The position numbers and the translations under genes were made by a program. 64,000 nt of DNA from assembly GCA_000965745.1 (NCBI GenBank), contig CP009479.1, forward strand, positions 192,001-256,000. The letters are read 5' to 3'. Below are positions 39,134 through 49,884 of the stretch, piece by piece. The notes under the pieces are model-generated. The model searched no databases, was not told where the DNA came from, and saw only the letters and a program-made list of their open reading frames with translations. The DNA comes from an uncultured archaeon (GTDB lineage: Archaea; Thermoplasmatota; Thermoplasmata; Thermoplasmatales; Thermoplasmataceae). Each line of letters opens with the position of its first letter. Positions within the stretch are counted from its first letter, which is position 1.

Positions 39134-39754
39134 TTGCCGATGGATCCCCTTTTGAACCTCTGTACTGATATAAAGAACTGCAAGAAATGTGATCTGCAGT
39201 ACTCTAGGAAAAACCCGGTCTGCGGTTTCGGGCGCCCTTCGCCTAAGATGATGCTGGTAGGTGAGGCTCCGGGATCAAAAGAGGATGATGCGGGAAAGCC
39301 CTTCGTGGGGAGAAGTGGCAAGGTTCTTACACTTGCCCTTGAAAAAGCAGGCGTGAAGAGCCATGAGGTGTACCTTACAAATTCCGTAAGGTGCAGGCCA
39401 AAGGTCGGGAGGACTCCCAAGGTATCCGAGATCAAGACCTGTTCAAGCTTTCTCCGGCTGGAGCTTGAGACGATAAGGCCAAGGCTGGTGGTGCCGATGG
39501 GGAATTCGGCAATACAGTCCATTTCCACCATCCTGAACCGGAAACTGGGGCGCATTTCTGAGGTCAACGACAAGGTTTTCCACTGCGGCAAATACTACAT
39601 AATTCCGCAGTACCACCCTTCAGCGATACTCAGAAACCCTAAGAAAATGGAGATGTTCAAGGACAGCTTTGCCAGAATAGCAGCGTTTCTTGAAGATCTT
39701 GAGACTAAAAAAATGGAGTATATTTTTAATAAATATCTTGTTCAGTCGATCTAG
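39134..39754 (+). CDS. udg: Family 4 uracil-DNA glycosylase
   Basis: CKKC, VGEAPG..E...GKPFVGRSG, TNSVRCRP, YHPSA. Confidence 0.93.
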   Translation: MPMDPLLNLCTDIKNCKKCDLQYSRKNPVCGFGRPSPKMMLVGEAPGSKEDDAGKPFVGRSGKVLTLALEKAGVKSHEVYLTNSVRCRPKVGRTPKVSEIKTCSSFLRLELETIRPRLVVPMGNSAIQSISTILNRKLGRISEVNDKVFHCGKYYIIPQYHPSAILRNPKKMEMFKDSFARIAAFLEDLETKKMEYIFNKYLVQSI

Positions 39755-40614
39755 TTGCGCTTTCTCCTCGCGGAAACCGCAACACCGAGTCCGACAGCAA
39801 TTATTACTACAACAACCGCGTAGTAGAGATATGGTGTAAGGCTGTTGCCTGGCGGATTCTCATAGGTCAGGGTGTTTGCACCGGCGGTTGCATATCCCGG
39901 CGTAACGATCGAGTACGACGGGTCAGACTTCACCGTTACGTTGAGGTATGTCCCCAGCACCGTAAGGTTGCCCGTGTAGTTCAGCGTGTATCCTGCATCC
40001 GTCGTGAACGTCGTGGTGTTTGACGCCTGGTTGTAGTCTCTCGTCCAGTTGCTCAGGGGCTTTGAGAAAGCCGTGAAGTTGAGTGAGTTGTAGTAGCCTA
40101 CGGTCTGGTTGTTAACCTGGAAATGGTTGTAGTTGACCTGGTTTATCACCACTGACTTATTGTCCGAGAACGCCCTCCAAGCTAGATCCAGTGTGCCGTT
40201 GTGATATATGTTCGTGACGTTCATGACGATCTTCATCGTGTGGTTCACCATGAGCTCCTGTGAACTGACCTTTGCAGAGGTTCTGTTTGCTTCAATGTTG
40301 AGGTAGTTTATCTTTGCGGATGTTGAATTGGCGTGTATTGCGTCCTGCATGTCCACGAATATCGGGTCACTTGAATTCAGTGTTATTGAAGTGTTCCTGT
40401 CCGTAAGATTGGCCAGAATGCTCGCAAAAGATATCAGGCCAGTATCGTTCGAGGTTATCGTTGCGGTAGTGTTCACGTATGCAGTCACATTGGCACTGTC
40501 CGTGCCCGGACTGACAACTGTCGTAATGTTTGAAGCGCTTGCCATCGGCACGGCTGCAGTGAGGGTCATCAGCGCGGCCATGAGGACAACAATGCCTCCT
40601 TTCTTTGACAACAT
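39751..40614 (-). CDS. Secreted, C-terminally anchored surface glycoprotein
   Basis: Signal peptide, N/T-rich with many sequons, C-terminal TM followed by RRKRN. Confidence 0.8.
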   Translation of the reverse strand: MLSKKGGIVVLMAALMTLTAAVPMASASNITTVVSPGTDSANVTAYVNTTATITSNDTGLISFASILANLTDRNTSITLNSSDPIFVDMQDAIHANSTSAKINYLNIEANRTSAKVSSQELMVNHTMKIVMNVTNIYHNGTLDLAWRAFSDNKSVVINQVNYNHFQVNNQTVGYYNSLNFTAFSKPLSNWTRDYNQASNTTTFTTDAGYTLNYTGNLTVLGTYLNVTVKSDPSYSIVTPGYATAGANTLTYENPPGNSLTPYLYYAVVVVIIAVGLGVAVSARRKRN

Positions 40615-40679
40615 TGGGTCAAAATCAGGTTGAGGTATAAGAATGAAGTGGTACAATAGTTATAAAATGAGTATCAGGA

Positions 40680-42140
40680 TCAAACCTGATATATCTGGTA
40701 ATTCGGGGGCTCGGTGATTACTTTTATGTCGTGGGGGTGGCTCTCCCTAAGCCCGCTCGCGGTTATCCTGACAAATCTTGCGTTCTTCCTTAGCTCATCG
40801 ATGTTGGCTGCACCGACGTATCCCATTCCCGATTTCAAGCCGCCAAGCATCTGGAAGAGAACTTCGGATACCTTTCCCCTGTATGGGACTGCTCCTTCCA
40901 CACCCTCTGCGACAAACTTTCCTGATCCTGTTTCACCATATCTGTCGGAAATGCCTGTCTGAATGGCGCCGATTGAGCCCATCCCCCTGTATGCCTTGTA
41001 TTTCCTTCCGCTTATGATCATTTCGACTCCCGGGCTCTCCTCTGTTCCTGCAAGCATGGAACCGAGCATGACCGAATTTGCCCCTGCCGCCAGTGCCTTC
41101 ACAATATCTCCTGAGTACCTGATTCCTCCGTCTGCGATGACGGGAATGCCATGCTTCTCGGCAACCTCTGCAGTCTCAGTGATGGCTGTAACCTGAGGAA
41201 CTCCGACACCTGCAACTATCCTTGTTGTGCAGATCGACCCCGGGCCTATGCCGACTCTCAGGCCGTCAACCTCAAGTGCGATCATGTCCTCGGCGGCCTC
41301 GGCTGTTGCTATATTTCCAACTACAAGGTCCACGGAGAGGGCTTTCCTCATCTTCCTTATGGATTCCATTGCTTTGATGTTATGTGCGTGTGCGGTGTCC
41401 ACCACGATCGCGTCCGCGCCTTCCTTTTCAAGGTTTACTGCCCTGTCTATGTCGAACGGCCCCACTGCGGCACCGACAACTAGCTGCCCTTCCTCGTCCC
41501 TTGTGGCATTGGGGAACCTCTGCCTTGTGTAGATATCCTTGGCAGTGATGAGGCCGACAACCCTTCCTGAATCGTCTACGAGCGGAAGTTTCTCGATCCT
41601 GTTCTTGAAAAGTATCTCCTTTGCCTCATCGAGGCTGATGTTGTCCTTTGCGTAAATCACGTCCCTGACCATGACATCTTTCACTTTCAGGCCCTTCTTG
41701 CCGGGAACAAGTTCGAGGTCCCTCCTTGTGATTATCCCGACAAGCTTTTCGCCATGGACAACGGGAAGGCCGCCTATGTTCTTGGTCTTCATTATTGTCC
41801 TTACAACTTCAATGGGGGTGTCTGTGTCCACGGTGTGAACGTTCCTGATAATTATGGATTCTTCCCTCTTCACTTTCCTGATAATCTGCATCTGCTCGTT
41901 TGCGGATATATTCCGGTGGACGATTCCGATTCCGCCGTTCCTTGCCATGGAAACGGCCATTTCCCCTTCCGTGACTGTGTCCATCGGGGAGCTCACAATT
42001 GGGATCTTCAGTTTTATGTTTCTCGTAAAATAAGTCTCTATACCCACATTCTTCGGGTCCACTGCAGTCTTGGCCGGAGACAGGAGGATATCGTCATAGG
42101 TGAACCCTTCCCTGATCTCGAGCAACTTATCCTTAAACAT
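40680..42140 (-). CDS. guaB: IMP dehydrogenase
   Basis: [12 protein letters not shown] pair, [30 protein letters not shown]. Confidence 0.97.
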   Translation of the reverse strand: MFKDKLLEIREGFTYDDILLSPAKTAVDPKNVGIETYFTRNIKLKIPIVSSPMDTVTEGEMAVSMARNGGIGIVHRNISANEQMQIIRKVKREESIIIRNVHTVDTDTPIEVVRTIMKTKNIGGLPVVHGEKLVGIITRRDLELVPGKKGLKVKDVMVRDVIYAKDNISLDEAKEILFKNRIEKLPLVDDSGRVVGLITAKDIYTRQRFPNATRDEEGQLVVGAAVGPFDIDRAVNLEKEGADAIVVDTAHAHNIKAMESIRKMRKALSVDLVVGNIATAEAAEDMIALEVDGLRVGIGPGSICTTRIVAGVGVPQVTAITETAEVAEKHGIPVIADGGIRYSGDIVKALAAGANSVMLGSMLAGTEESPGVEMIISGRKYKAYRGMGSIGAIQTGISDRYGETGSGKFVAEGVEGAVPYRGKVSEVLFQMLGGLKSGMGYVGAANIDELRKNARFVRITASGLRESHPHDIKVITEPPNYQIYQV

Positions 42141-42190
42141 GTTGTCGTTAGTAAAAACCACTACATAAAAATTGCCTGAGTGGTGATTTT

Positions 42191-42916
42191 TCAACTCCTC
42201 CCCAGGTGTTTCCTTACGAATTCCACCGTTCTGTCCAGGTGGGGAGGATAATCATACCTTATGAATGAATAGTATCTCCTCATCAGGCCCGGGTCCAGGC
42301 CAAGCTTTTCCGATGCCTCCCCGACAGAGGACTCAATGTCCTCTCTGGATGGGTGGACTGCTTCATTTACGGCTTCCATGTCATCGGGCTCACTCACTCC
42401 CTTGTACGCCAGTGCCGCATACAACGGCTGGAGATGGTACAACCTTGAAAATTCATAACCCGTGTCGAAGAGTATCCTCAGGCCTGAGCCGTAGACCCTG
42501 AGGGCTTCATCGCCTATCACGAGTGCATAGTCTGCGATCGAGAGTAGATCTTCCGCATACGTCTCATCGGCGTGTATCATTTTATAATTTATGCCGAGCC
42601 CTTTCAGCACCATCTCAGTGTAGAGTTCGGTAGTCCGGGTATGGGACGTCACCGCTATCTCCATGTCCTTACCCATCTGCTTCCCCCTTGAGACAAGGAT
42701 CGTGGACATTGTTGTGGAGATTGAGTGTATATTTGCACCCCTGGAGAGGTTAAGGCCGTTCTCGATCAGTGATACGAGGGAGACCATGCCTCCGTCCAAC
42801 TCATCGTCCAGTATCATCCCGAGAATCTTTGCAGGGGATTCCCTTACAATGATGTCCTTCCTCCTGATTGCAGAATAGAGTGGGTCGCTGTGAGTGAAGT
42901 TGATGATCCCGATCAT
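42191..42916 (-). CDS. mqnA: Chorismate dehydratase (futalosine pathway)
   Basis: IGIINFTHSDPL, ESPA, STILVS, TSHTRTT, ALVIGDEAL. Confidence 0.8.
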   Translation of the reverse strand: MIGIINFTHSDPLYSAIRRKDIIVRESPAKILGMILDDELDGGMVSLVSLIENGLNLSRGANIHSISTTMSTILVSRGKQMGKDMEIAVTSHTRTTELYTEMVLKGLGINYKMIHADETYAEDLLSIADYALVIGDEALRVYGSGLRILFDTGYEFSRLYHLQPLYAALAYKGVSEPDDMEAVNEAVHPSREDIESSVGEASEKLGLDPGLMRRYYSFIRYDYPPHLDRTVEFVRKHLGRS

Positions 42917-43012
42917 CAGACCGAGATGAGGAGAACGCTAAATATATTATGTCCGAATAAAAACTAAAAAATGGTGCTAATAGATGCCTGTTGAATGAAT
43001 CTTGCCTGGAAG

Positions 43013-43633
43013 TCACTTAACCGGCAGCCGTATTATCGTCCTGTATTTCTCAGGCGGAGTCCTGGAAGGGTCTGAAAGGTAGATTTCGTGGAATAGACCG
43101 TTTATCTCCAGCCCCTCTTCACTGATGAACTTCATCAGTTTCCCGTATGTTTCTCCCTCCTTTTCATAGGGGCCTACGTGGAGGATCTGTGCACACTTCC
43201 CCTCGGACATCCTTTCGTGTTCCACAAGTTGAAGAGCAGGCATGCCTTTCTTTTCCATGGACTTATTCCTCGCCTTCTGCACTTCATCCGGAGATACGTA
43301 GTCCGGGACCCTTATCATGACCTTCCAGGTCCACTCCTCCGGCGGCGCCTCTTCCGTTATTTTCCCGGATTTTGCCCACCAGAGTGCCTCAAGGCTGGAC
43401 ATTGAAAAATCATGGCCCATGGCCTTGTATGCATTCTTCAGTTGGTACGCGAGAGTAAACAACACGTTGATGTGGCTCTGGAACAATTCACCCCCGGGCT
43501 CTCCCTTCCCTTCCAGCGTTATGTATGATGCTTCCCCGAACTCAAGTATTTCAGGATCCTTTTCTGCAGTGTAATACTTCCTGTCCTCTTTCTTCAGCAC
43601 AATCTTCCCGTCCTGCATTGCTGTCACAGTCAT
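43013..43633 (-). CDS. GyrI-like small-molecule-binding protein
   Basis: EGKGEPGG, LEALWW, WKVMIRVP, HVGPY, HEIYLSDP. Confidence 0.88.
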   Translation of the reverse strand: MTVTAMQDGKIVLKKEDRKYYTAEKDPEILEFGEASYITLEGKGEPGGELFQSHINVLFTLAYQLKNAYKAMGHDFSMSSLEALWWAKSGKITEEAPPEEWTWKVMIRVPDYVSPDEVQKARNKSMEKKGMPALQLVEHERMSEGKCAQILHVGPYEKEGETYGKLMKFISEEGLEINGLFHEIYLSDPSRTPPEKYRTIIRLPVK

Positions 43634-43681
43634 TACTACGGCGGGATGATATTACTACATTACTTGTTACATATAACAGGA

Positions 43682-44653
43682 TCAGATCTTTCTCAGCAGG
43701 ATCTCGGTTGCCCTGTGGTGCGGACCCTTCCTGAGAATCAGGTCGGCGTGGTACTTGCTGGGCTCGATATTTTCCCTGAGGTTCACCGCGTTGATCTCCT
43801 CCCATATACCGTCAGCCCTGTCTACCGCTTCCTCTTCGCTGAGGTATGAGAACTTGTGGAAGTATGATCTCTCATTCCTGAAGGCGGTCTCCTTCAGCAT
43901 GAGAAACCTCTCGAGGTACCACCTCTTTATGTTTATCTCCTCGGCATCAACGTATAATGAGAAGTCAAAGAAATCAGATACAGAAAGGCCTGGGAATTTG
44001 TCTGAGACGTACCTTCCGCTGGTCTGAAGGACATTAAGCCCCTCGACTATGACAACGTCCGGGCTCACGAGCACGTTCTTCTCACCGGGAATGATGTCGT
44101 ATTCCAGGTGCGAGTAAACTGGCATAGAGACATCCTGCACACCGGACTTGAGCATCAGGAGGAAGTTCAGCAGGCTCTTCACGTCGAAACTCTCCGGGAA
44201 GCCTTTCTTGTTCAGAAGGTTCTTCTCCTCCAGAATCCTGTTGGGGAAGAGGAAACCGTCCGTGGGAACGAGGCTCACCCTGGGCTTTTCGTCCCACTTG
44301 GACACCAGGGACTGCAGTATTCTTGCGGTCGTGCTTTTGCCCACTGCAACACTCCCGGCAATGCCGATGATGTATGGCACCTTCACCCCGGTTTTGCCGA
44401 AGAATCTGTTCCTTGCCCCGTAGAGGCCGAGCGATGCGGTGAAGTGCAGGCTGAGAAGCCTGGAAAGGGGAAGGTATACCTCTTCCACTTCATCGAGGGC
44501 AATTTTCTCATTCAGCCCGAGAAGTTTCTGGAAGTCCTGCTCGGTAAGCGTCATTGGAGTAGAGTTCCTGAGGTCCGCCCATGCTTCCCTGTCGATCGAT
44601 ATGTAGGGGGTAAGATCCACCGGATTCCTTGCTTCCTGAGGCATAACAGTCAC
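43682..44653 (-). CDS. coaA: Type I (bacterial-type) pantothenate kinase
   Basis: IAGSVAVGKSTTAR, TDGFL, KKGFPES, YSHLEYD, IVEGLNVLQ, SDFFDFS. Confidence 0.95.
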   Translation of the reverse strand: MTVMPQEARNPVDLTPYISIDREAWADLRNSTPMTLTEQDFQKLLGLNEKIALDEVEEVYLPLSRLLSLHFTASLGLYGARNRFFGKTGVKVPYIIGIAGSVAVGKSTTARILQSLVSKWDEKPRVSLVPTDGFLFPNRILEEKNLLNKKGFPESFDVKSLLNFLLMLKSGVQDVSMPVYSHLEYDIIPGEKNVLVSPDVVIVEGLNVLQTSGRYVSDKFPGLSVSDFFDFSLYVDAEEINIKRWYLERFLMLKETAFRNERSYFHKFSYLSEEEAVDRADGIWEEINAVNLRENIEPSKYHADLILRKGPHHRATEILLRKI

Positions 44654-44772
44654 TTCACCGGAACAGCACTACTGGAAAATAGGATGTTCCACCCTGGTTC
44701 ATTGCAGCATAGATTATGAATTTTGATTTTGAGAATAATGGCAAAATGGGGAAGAAATGCAAAGCTGCCCGC

Positions 44773-45882
44773 TCAGTACGACTTTATGTTGTAGAATGTG
44801 TCTCTTTGGGCTGGTATTTTACCGATCTGCGACACAAGGTTGTTCAGTTCCTCGATGGTTGCCCCTTCTGTCCTGTCGGTTGCCCCGAAGACCTCCTCGC
44901 TGAAGGCTGTCCCTACAAGGTCGCTGCCTCCGCTGTTCAGTGCAACCTGTGCAGTGAGTTTTCCAAGCGCAACCCAGTAAACACTGACGTTCCTGATCTC
45001 CTTCCCTGCCAGAATCCTTCCCAGGGCTATGACCTTAAGGTCCTTCTCTGCCGATCCCGGCCCTGAGACCTTCTTCATCTTCATCAGGGGAGTGTTCTCG
45101 GGGCTGAACTTCAGTGGTATGAAAGACAGGAATCCGGGAACTTCGATCTGGTTGTCCCTCAGCCTGACTATGTGGTCTACGATGTGGCTCCATTTCTCAA
45201 CGTGCCCGTAGGTCATTGTTGAGTTTCCGGGTATGCCCAGGGAATGGATTATCCTGGCATCTTCCAGCCATTTCTCGCCGCTGATCTTCTGTGGGGTGGT
45301 GATCTGCTTCCTGACTTCCTGGTCGAATATCTCGGCCCCTCCGCCGGTGTGCGCATCCATTCCTGCCGCATGGAACCTCTTCACAACTTCCTGGATCGAG
45401 TTGCCGGTTGTTCTTGCTATGAAGTCTATTTCAGGTATGGTGAGAGTCTTGAGTGTTATGTCGGGCATGTATTTCTTCACGGTGCTGAAAAGTTCCTCAT
45501 AGTATTCCAGGGGAAGATCAGAGTTGAAGCCCCCGACAATGTGGACTTCAGTGACGTTGAGCGCTTTCGCCTTTGCGATTTCATTCCTGGCGTCCTCGAT
45601 CGACAGTTCGTATCCGCGGTCGCTCTTCCCCTTGAGTGACATAGGCACGTAGAAGGCGCAAATTGGGCAGCTGGCTGTGCAGTAATTCGAATAATTCAGG
45701 TTGTAAGATACAGCATACGTAACGGTATCTCCCACCTGCTCTGAAGTCAGGGAATTGGCCAATGACAGTAAAGAATGCGTGTCCAGGTCATCAAGCATGG
45801 CCGTTCCTTCCTTGAAGGAAATGGGCTTGTCGGCCCTTGCCCTTTCAGACCAGTAACTGAGATCATATGTTCCCGTTTGCAT
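44773..45882 (-). CDS. mqnE: Aminofutalosine synthase (CofH-like radical SAM)
   Basis: CTASCPIC, EVHIVGG, GGGAEIF, FIPLKF, VYWVALG; paired with mqnC and mqnA in this window. Confidence 0.8.
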   Translation of the reverse strand: MQTGTYDLSYWSERARADKPISFKEGTAMLDDLDTHSLLSLANSLTSEQVGDTVTYAVSYNLNYSNYCTASCPICAFYVPMSLKGKSDRGYELSIEDARNEIAKAKALNVTEVHIVGGFNSDLPLEYYEELFSTVKKYMPDITLKTLTIPEIDFIARTTGNSIQEVVKRFHAAGMDAHTGGGAEIFDQEVRKQITTPQKISGEKWLEDARIIHSLGIPGNSTMTYGHVEKWSHIVDHIVRLRDNQIEVPGFLSFIPLKFSPENTPLMKMKKVSGPGSAEKDLKVIALGRILAGKEIRNVSVYWVALGKLTAQVALNSGGSDLVGTAFSEEVFGATDRTEGATIEELNNLVSQIGKIPAQRDTFYNIKSY

Positions 45883-46092
45883 TGATTCTGAAATGGATGT
45901 TCAGTTATAACCGTTATGATTTCTATTTTAGGCGCAGATTGCGTTCATTTTTGCTTGAATTCCGAGTTTCGGCGTATTTTAAATATACATACCATAGCGG
46001 TAGAAGTGAAAGAGGAATCATGGCAGGACCTAAGCGCTTCGGGGGACGCTGAGAAATGTTCATGTATTCCATGAATGTAACTTTTCATTGGC

Positions 46093-46618
46093 TTGAAGAG
46101 ATCAAGAAGGTTCCTGATCACTATCGGAGTCAATTTCCTTTTTCTGATACCCGTGATAGCTCTCCCTCATCTGATTAACGCCGGAATCATCAACCTTGCG
46201 GAAGGGTTCCTGACAGTCGAGCTGATAGTATTTTCATTAACATGCCTGCTGGTAAGCTGGTTGCCCCCTATATCGATCTCCTCATCGCCATGCCAATCCT
46301 GAAGGACGTGCTTCCATCCCTTAGTTTGGTATTCCCTGGCGTTGCAATTGCATCGTTTGTTCTGTTCTTGAGCCTTCCCTTCCATATGCTTTCCCTCTTT
46401 TCCCGTGCGGCTATCAGGGCGGATAGGAGCGCGGTTAGGTATTTGGCAACTCTGAAGACCTCATGAACCTGATAAGGAAAACATCTGATCTTCCCCTCCC
46501 TCCATCCACATTTTCTGGACGCCAGTCAGAAAGGTATAACAGAAGAAAGCGCAGAATCATGGATAGGAGAATATATGCCATAGAGAAGGTGGGAAATGGA
46601 GAAGGCATGCTTTCCTGA
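46093..46618 (+). pseudogene. Fragmented membrane-protein gene (possibly M48-peptidase-like C-terminus)
   Basis: Hydrophobic segments spread over shifting frames, SRAAIRADRSAVRY, then a charged tail ending in TGA 46616-46618. Confidence 0.35.
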
Positions 46619-46889
46619 GTTTATCGCGGCCTGCCGACAATAAAGCAGAAACTGCCCAGCTCTCCTATCTGTAAAGTACATTCTCGGTTAAGATGTCAAT
46701 TTCCCTGTGCCGAACCGGACAGGCAATTTCTCGACCCCCTGACATTTTCTCAAGATGGGAGGCAGCAATTACAACGCGTAACATGCAATGCTCTTCGTAG
46801 TAAGCGGTGTCTGGAACCCTGAAATGCCTGCCCGCAGAGCAGTCCCCAAATATTAAGTCTATCCAGTTTTAAGGGGGCCGATCTTTTAA

Positions 46890-48560
46890 ATGTTAATGGA
46901 TCCGGAAAAGAAGAGGAAGAAGCAGGTTGAGCTCAAAAGAGAACTTACGCTTACCCAGCTGGTTGTAATAGGAGTTTCTGGAGCTCTCGGGAATGGAGCG
47001 CTCTTTGGTGCGGTCGGCATGGTTACGACTGCAGGCTCCGGGGCAATAATAGCATTCATTTTTGGCGGTGTTATCTACATCAGCATCGCCCTCACGTACA
47101 TGGAGCTCTCCAGGGTGCATCCGGAAGCGGGTGCCCCATCGAGGTTCACACTGTACTCACACGGGCGTACAACAAGCCTCATAAACGCATTCGCCGATAT
47201 GGTTTGGTATATCTTCATACCGCCACTGGAAGCACTGTCCATCGTGGCAGGGCTGAACTACATAATACCGGGGTCACCGCTGATCATAGCATCGACCGGA
47301 TACCCGACAATCCAGGGTGTGCTTGTCGGTGTCGGGCTTGTTCTCGCATTTACCCCCTTCAACTACTTCGGTGTGGGCATGTTCGGGAAGAGCACCCTTT
47401 ACATTGGTGCAGTCAAACTGTTTTTCTACGTTTCCATGGGACTTGGGCTTATTTTCTTCGTGCACAACTTTGGGAACTTTGCCAACCCTGACTACGGCGG
47501 ATTCCTTCCATATGGAATCTCCGCAATACTGCTGATTATGCCCCTAACAATGTATGACTTCGGAGGTATACGCGTCATACCTGACCTGGCAGGCGAAACC
47601 AAGCTTAGCGAAGTAGAGAAAAAAGATGCCATTGTGAAGGCCGTTGCCTATACTGTCCTGTTTGAAACGCTTATTTACATCTCGATAGCTGTGGCAATTC
47701 TTGCCAGCATAAACTGGAGTGCACTCGGCATAGCACCGGGCGATTTCAGTTCACTGAAAGGGGCTATGGGCGGAAACAACCCATTCTTCATACTGGCAAA
47801 TTCGAACAACCTTGGCATCATATTTGCTTTTGCAGTTGTTGCAGGAATCATGGCGCCTTTCGTGACAGGTTATATATACACAGGCGCCGGGGCGAGAATC
47901 TTCTTCTCAAGCGCCAGATCAGGTTTCCTTGGAGGTGCGTTCAAGGAGCTTCATGCGAGGTATGCTGTCCCGTTCTGGGCACTGATCACCTTCGCTATTG
48001 TTGGCGCCATAACGGTCATGATTTCGGCCCCCGCACCAACTGTTTACAGCGTTATAGTTGATGCGACGGTGGCGGGATACCTCGGTTTCTCCACTCACCC
48101 TGTCGCCATGATCGTTCAGCGCAGGCAGGGAATTACCACAAAGGCTCAGAAATTCAGGGGTGCGTATATCTTCGGCCCGATCGCAATGGGGGTGTCCTCA
48201 CTCGTAGTTTACTGGAGCGGCTGGCCGTCTGATCCATACGCTATGCTCCTGATCCTGTTTGGAATCCTCATTTTCGGCATCCCCATGCGGGCGTTTGAGC
48301 AGATCAGGAACTCGCTCTGGTACATGTTCTACTTCGTGTTCCTGCTGCTCATAGTTGTGTTCTCCCATACAGTTGGTCCGGAACAGCTTTTTGGAATACA
48401 GGTTGGGTACATTCCGTTCGTGTGGGGTACGCTGATCGTGTTCCTGACCACAACCCTGGTGTTCTTTCCGTGGGGAGTACTTTCGGGGCTCAAGGAAGAG
48501 TACTACCATGAAGAATACACAGCACCTTACAGGGCACCGGTAAAGAGAGACCAGGAATGA
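46890..48560 (+). CDS. APC-family amino acid permease
   Basis: LKRELT, ELSRVHPEAG, AGET, ARIFF...RSG, about 14 TMs. Confidence 0.92.
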   Translation: MLMDPEKKRKKQVELKRELTLTQLVVIGVSGALGNGALFGAVGMVTTAGSGAIIAFIFGGVIYISIALTYMELSRVHPEAGAPSRFTLYSHGRTTSLINAFADMVWYIFIPPLEALSIVAGLNYIIPGSPLIIASTGYPTIQGVLVGVGLVLAFTPFNYFGVGMFGKSTLYIGAVKLFFYVSMGLGLIFFVHNFGNFANPDYGGFLPYGISAILLIMPLTMYDFGGIRVIPDLAGETKLSEVEKKDAIVKAVAYTVLFETLIYISIAVAILASINWSALGIAPGDFSSLKGAMGGNNPFFILANSNNLGIIFAFAVVAGIMAPFVTGYIYTGAGARIFFSSARSGFLGGAFKELHARYAVPFWALITFAIVGAITVMISAPAPTVYSVIVDATVAGYLGFSTHPVAMIVQRRQGITTKAQKFRGAYIFGPIAMGVSSLVVYWSGWPSDPYAMLLILFGILIFGIPMRAFEQIRNSLWYMFYFVFLLLIVVFSHTVGPEQLFGIQVGYIPFVWGTLIVFLTTTLVFFPWGVLSGLKEEYYHEEYTAPYRAPVKRDQE

Positions 48561-48778
48561 TTGACCGCCCTTTTGAAGGGAGACAGGGCGCAGGACTCCC
48601 CCGCCCCACCCAACAATTTTTTTATCCTCCATTTCAGTGTGAATCCCCAATTCCTGTATTTGCCCGGGGCCATACTGTTTGCAGCCCCTGACATCCATTG
48701 AAGTTCTCCCGGGAAGAATGTGCCTTTTATGCAAATTTTGATAGAATATCTTATTATATTTTTTCAAGATTAGGAACT

Positions 48779-49882
48779 ATGCTGGGACTTGCAGATCCCC
48801 TTGAGGATCTCTTCCAGAAGATGAATTCGGGTGAGGACCTGGACGAAGACGATATAGTCTACATGTACGACATGGCAGACCTTATGTCGTTAGGCCGCAT
48901 GGCAAGATCTCTTACTGACAGGATCACCGGAAGATATACTTCATTCGTATCAAACATGATTCTGAACTACACCAATATCTGTAATGTCAGATGCAATTTT
49001 TGCGCCTTTTACAGAACCGGCAAGGAAGATGACTCATATTTGCTGTCCGGGGAACAGGTGCTCGAAAAGATCAGGTACCACTACGAGAATTTCGGGATAA
49101 GGCAGCTGCTTATACAGGGTGGAGTGAACCCGTCACTTGGCCTTGATTACTACACAGGCATGTTTTCCGCCATAAGGGATGAGTTTCCTGAGATCGGCAT
49201 ACATGGCCTTTCGACCTCTGAGATCTCCTTCATTTCAAAGAAGGAGAAACTTAGTTTTTACGACACTATCTCGGCACTTGCCGAGAGCGGACTGGAGTCC
49301 ATACCCGGTGCCGGAGGTGAAATACTGTCCTCCGATGTCAGGGTGAAGCTCGGAAGGCCCGCAAACAGCGGCGATGAATGGCTCAAGGTCATGGAGGATG
49401 CACACAGGCAGGGTGTAAGAAGCAGTGCCACCATGATGTTCGGCCACATTGAGCAGAGCAGGGACAAGGCCAGGCACCTGCTTTCGATCCTTGAGCTTCA
49501 GAGAAAGTACAAGGGCTTCATGTCATTCACAGCGTGGAATTTTGAGCCCGGAAGGACAAAGCTTGAGGAAACCGGACAGGTGAAGTACAGGGCCGGCGGT
49601 GCGGATGTTCTCAGAAACATCGCCATTGCGAGGATCGTGTTCAACAAGGACCTTCCCGTCATCCAGAGCTCATGGCTCACAAACGGCCTCGAGATGGGGC
49701 AGCTCGCAGTCCTCTTCGGCGCCAATGACTGGGGTGGAACAATATACGACGAGAAGGTCATTCCTGCAACCGGAAAGCAGGTCGGCAACCTCAGGAAGGA
49801 CTTCATTATAAACAACCTGAAGCAGATCGGCATGTCACCGGTCGAGAGGGACAACCTCTACAGAGTGGTGAAATATTACTGA
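48779..49882 (+). CDS. mqnC: Cyclic dehypoxanthine futalosine synthase (radical SAM)
   Basis: NYTNICNVRCNFCAFYR, LIQGGVNP, PGAGGEIL, ATMMFGH, IQSSWLT, FGANDWG. Confidence 0.85.
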   Translation: MLGLADPLEDLFQKMNSGEDLDEDDIVYMYDMADLMSLGRMARSLTDRITGRYTSFVSNMILNYTNICNVRCNFCAFYRTGKEDDSYLLSGEQVLEKIRYHYENFGIRQLLIQGGVNPSLGLDYYTGMFSAIRDEFPEIGIHGLSTSEISFISKKEKLSFYDTISALAESGLESIPGAGGEILSSDVRVKLGRPANSGDEWLKVMEDAHRQGVRSSATMMFGHIEQSRDKARHLLSILELQRKYKGFMSFTAWNFEPGRTKLEETGQVKYRAGGADVLRNIAIARIVFNKDLPVIQSSWLTNGLEMGQLAVLFGANDWGGTIYDEKVIPATGKQVGNLRKDFIINNLKQIGMSPVERDNLYRVVKYY

Positions 49883-49884
49883 AG

